A stretch of 62,311 nucleotides of DNA, the filler included. It is 4 parts of 4 records of this genome, joined end to end, with 100 filler letters (N's around TTAATTAATTAA, not from the genome) between each part and the next. Parts side by side here need not be neighbours in the genome. Positions count along the whole stretch, not along the records: positions 49,061 to 62,311 come from SRR31156797_3699; 3 more parts are not named here. One strand, written 5' to 3'. Positions within the stretch are counted from its first letter, which is position 1. Every line of letters begins with the position of its first letter. This document shows positions 61,681 to 62,311 of the stretch, piece by piece. The translations under genes were made by a program, and so were the position numbers. The notes under the pieces were generated by a model that had not been told where the DNA came from, ran no database searches, and saw nothing but the letters and a program-made list of their open reading frames with translations.

Positions 61681-61757
61681 CGCTTCCGCTTTCGAGCGGA
61701 CAAGTGACCAGAAGAGAGCTGCGCTATCTGCCAGGATGCGGGCAGCTCTCTTCTTTT
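61681..61757 (+). ncRNA. Candidate counter-transcribed RNA in the alpA-rep spacer
   Basis: TTGTAT-N17-GAAAAT upstream; hairpin TCCGCT-TTCG-AGCGGA; terminator stem AGAAGAGAGCTGC / GCAGCTCTCTTCT followed by T residues. Confidence 0.45.
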
Positions 61758-61761
61758 ACCT

Positions 61762-62022
61762 TTATGGACATGACGAGCCCTCTGTTTTGCGAGGACGGCC
61801 AGGCCTGCGCTTGCGGACTACAGGCTGGCCGGCTTCCCATTTATCATTGATAAACGACATAATTTTTTTCTCAATCCATTTGAAGCGGCCTCCGACCTTC
61901 ACTGGCCTAGGGATCTCAGACCAGTTGCGCCGTGAGACATGACAACTCAACGCTTGAGGAGTCATGCCGAGCATCTCCGCAGCCTCGACCCTGCCGATCA
62001 ACTTAAATTTCTCCATTTTCAT
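61762..62022 (-). CDS. AlpA/excisionase-like HTH protein
   Basis: LIGRVEAAEMLG..IPRPVKVGGRFKW..I..FI; C-terminal RRPGRPRK. Confidence 0.85.
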   Translation of the reverse strand: MKMEKFKLIGRVEAAEMLGMTPQALSCHVSRRNWSEIPRPVKVGGRFKWIEKKIMSFINDKWEAGQPVVRKRRPGRPRKTEGSSCP

Positions 62023-62119
62023 TTTTTTCTCCTTTGTTTAAACTTCTTAATTAGCCTATGCATGTTTCAAAAAACTATGTCAAATATTTGTTTTTTAAAG
62101 CAATATTGAAATATTATAC

Positions 62120-62169
62120 TATTACAATATTACAATATCACAACAGATAATTGGGACAAATTTGGGACA
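62120..62169 (+). repeat. Candidate Xis and integrase arm-type sites
   Basis: TATTACAA-TATTACAA-TATCACAA tandem at 62120-62143; TTGGGACA twice, 11 bp apart (62151, 62162). Confidence 0.55.
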
Positions 62170-62282
62170 TCAAAGATGAAAAAAGAGATGATTATTGAAA
62201 AAAATGACAACTCAAGAGATACTAAAAACTGAATAATACCAACAATAATGCCGCAATATGTTGAAAAGACTAATTATACAAA

Positions 62283-62311
62283 ACTGATTCGTAATCAGTA
62301 GGTCGTCGGTT
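62283..62311 (+). mobile_element. att site: duplicated 3' part of tRNA-Thr(CGT)
   Basis: Anticodon arm ACTGA-TTCGTAA-TCAGT, variable loop AGGTC, T-arm start GTCGGTT; no acceptor stem or D arm upstream. Confidence 0.8.

Noticed and set aside
62283-62311. Complete tRNA-Thr gene
   Set aside because: No 5' acceptor strand or D arm upstream; treated as an att duplication

Overview
This window is not one locus. It is four contigs joined by artificial 100-bp N/TTAATTAATTAA linkers (19394-19493, 30278-30377, 48961-49060), and they look like different organisms. Contig 1 (1-19393, Desulfobacterota-like) has a cobalamin riboswitch leading cbiK, a BtuCDF/FecCDE-type ABC importer, cbiA-C-D-ET-L-F-G-H and a methyltransferase. 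After that come a shortened c-di-GMP-I-like riboswitch, two kinds of MITE, a YddA/Rv1819c-type ABC protein, an integrase-less integron cassette array (attI-like site, decayed HEPN cassette, tandem gamma-carbonic-anhydrase cassette), an MmgE/PrpD remnant and cheR. Contig 2 (19494-30277, Bacteroidota-like) has dacB, an EEP hydrolase, a repeat-rich secreted protein, both methylmalonyl-CoA mutase subunits and a partial dnaK with a sigma54-type promoter. Contig 3 (30378-48960, Desulfovibrionaceae-like) has fdhA-B-C3, glycosyltransferases, an MCP and a sigma54-controlled sulfonate-use cluster: HpsG/HpsH-type glycyl radical C-S lyase, TRAP transporter, aldo-keto reductase, amidohydrolase and an enhancer-binding protein. 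Contig 4 (49061-62311) is the right part of an integrative mobilisable element ending in a tRNA-Thr(CGT) att fragment. Its backbone is AlpA, a candidate antisense RNA, an HUH Rep, TrbJ/TrbL, six 22-bp-phased iterons, an IncP-like nic site and MobC, with no relaxase visible. Its cargo is an AT-rich candidate anti-phage operon. All family calls come from motif recognition and memory; no searches were run.
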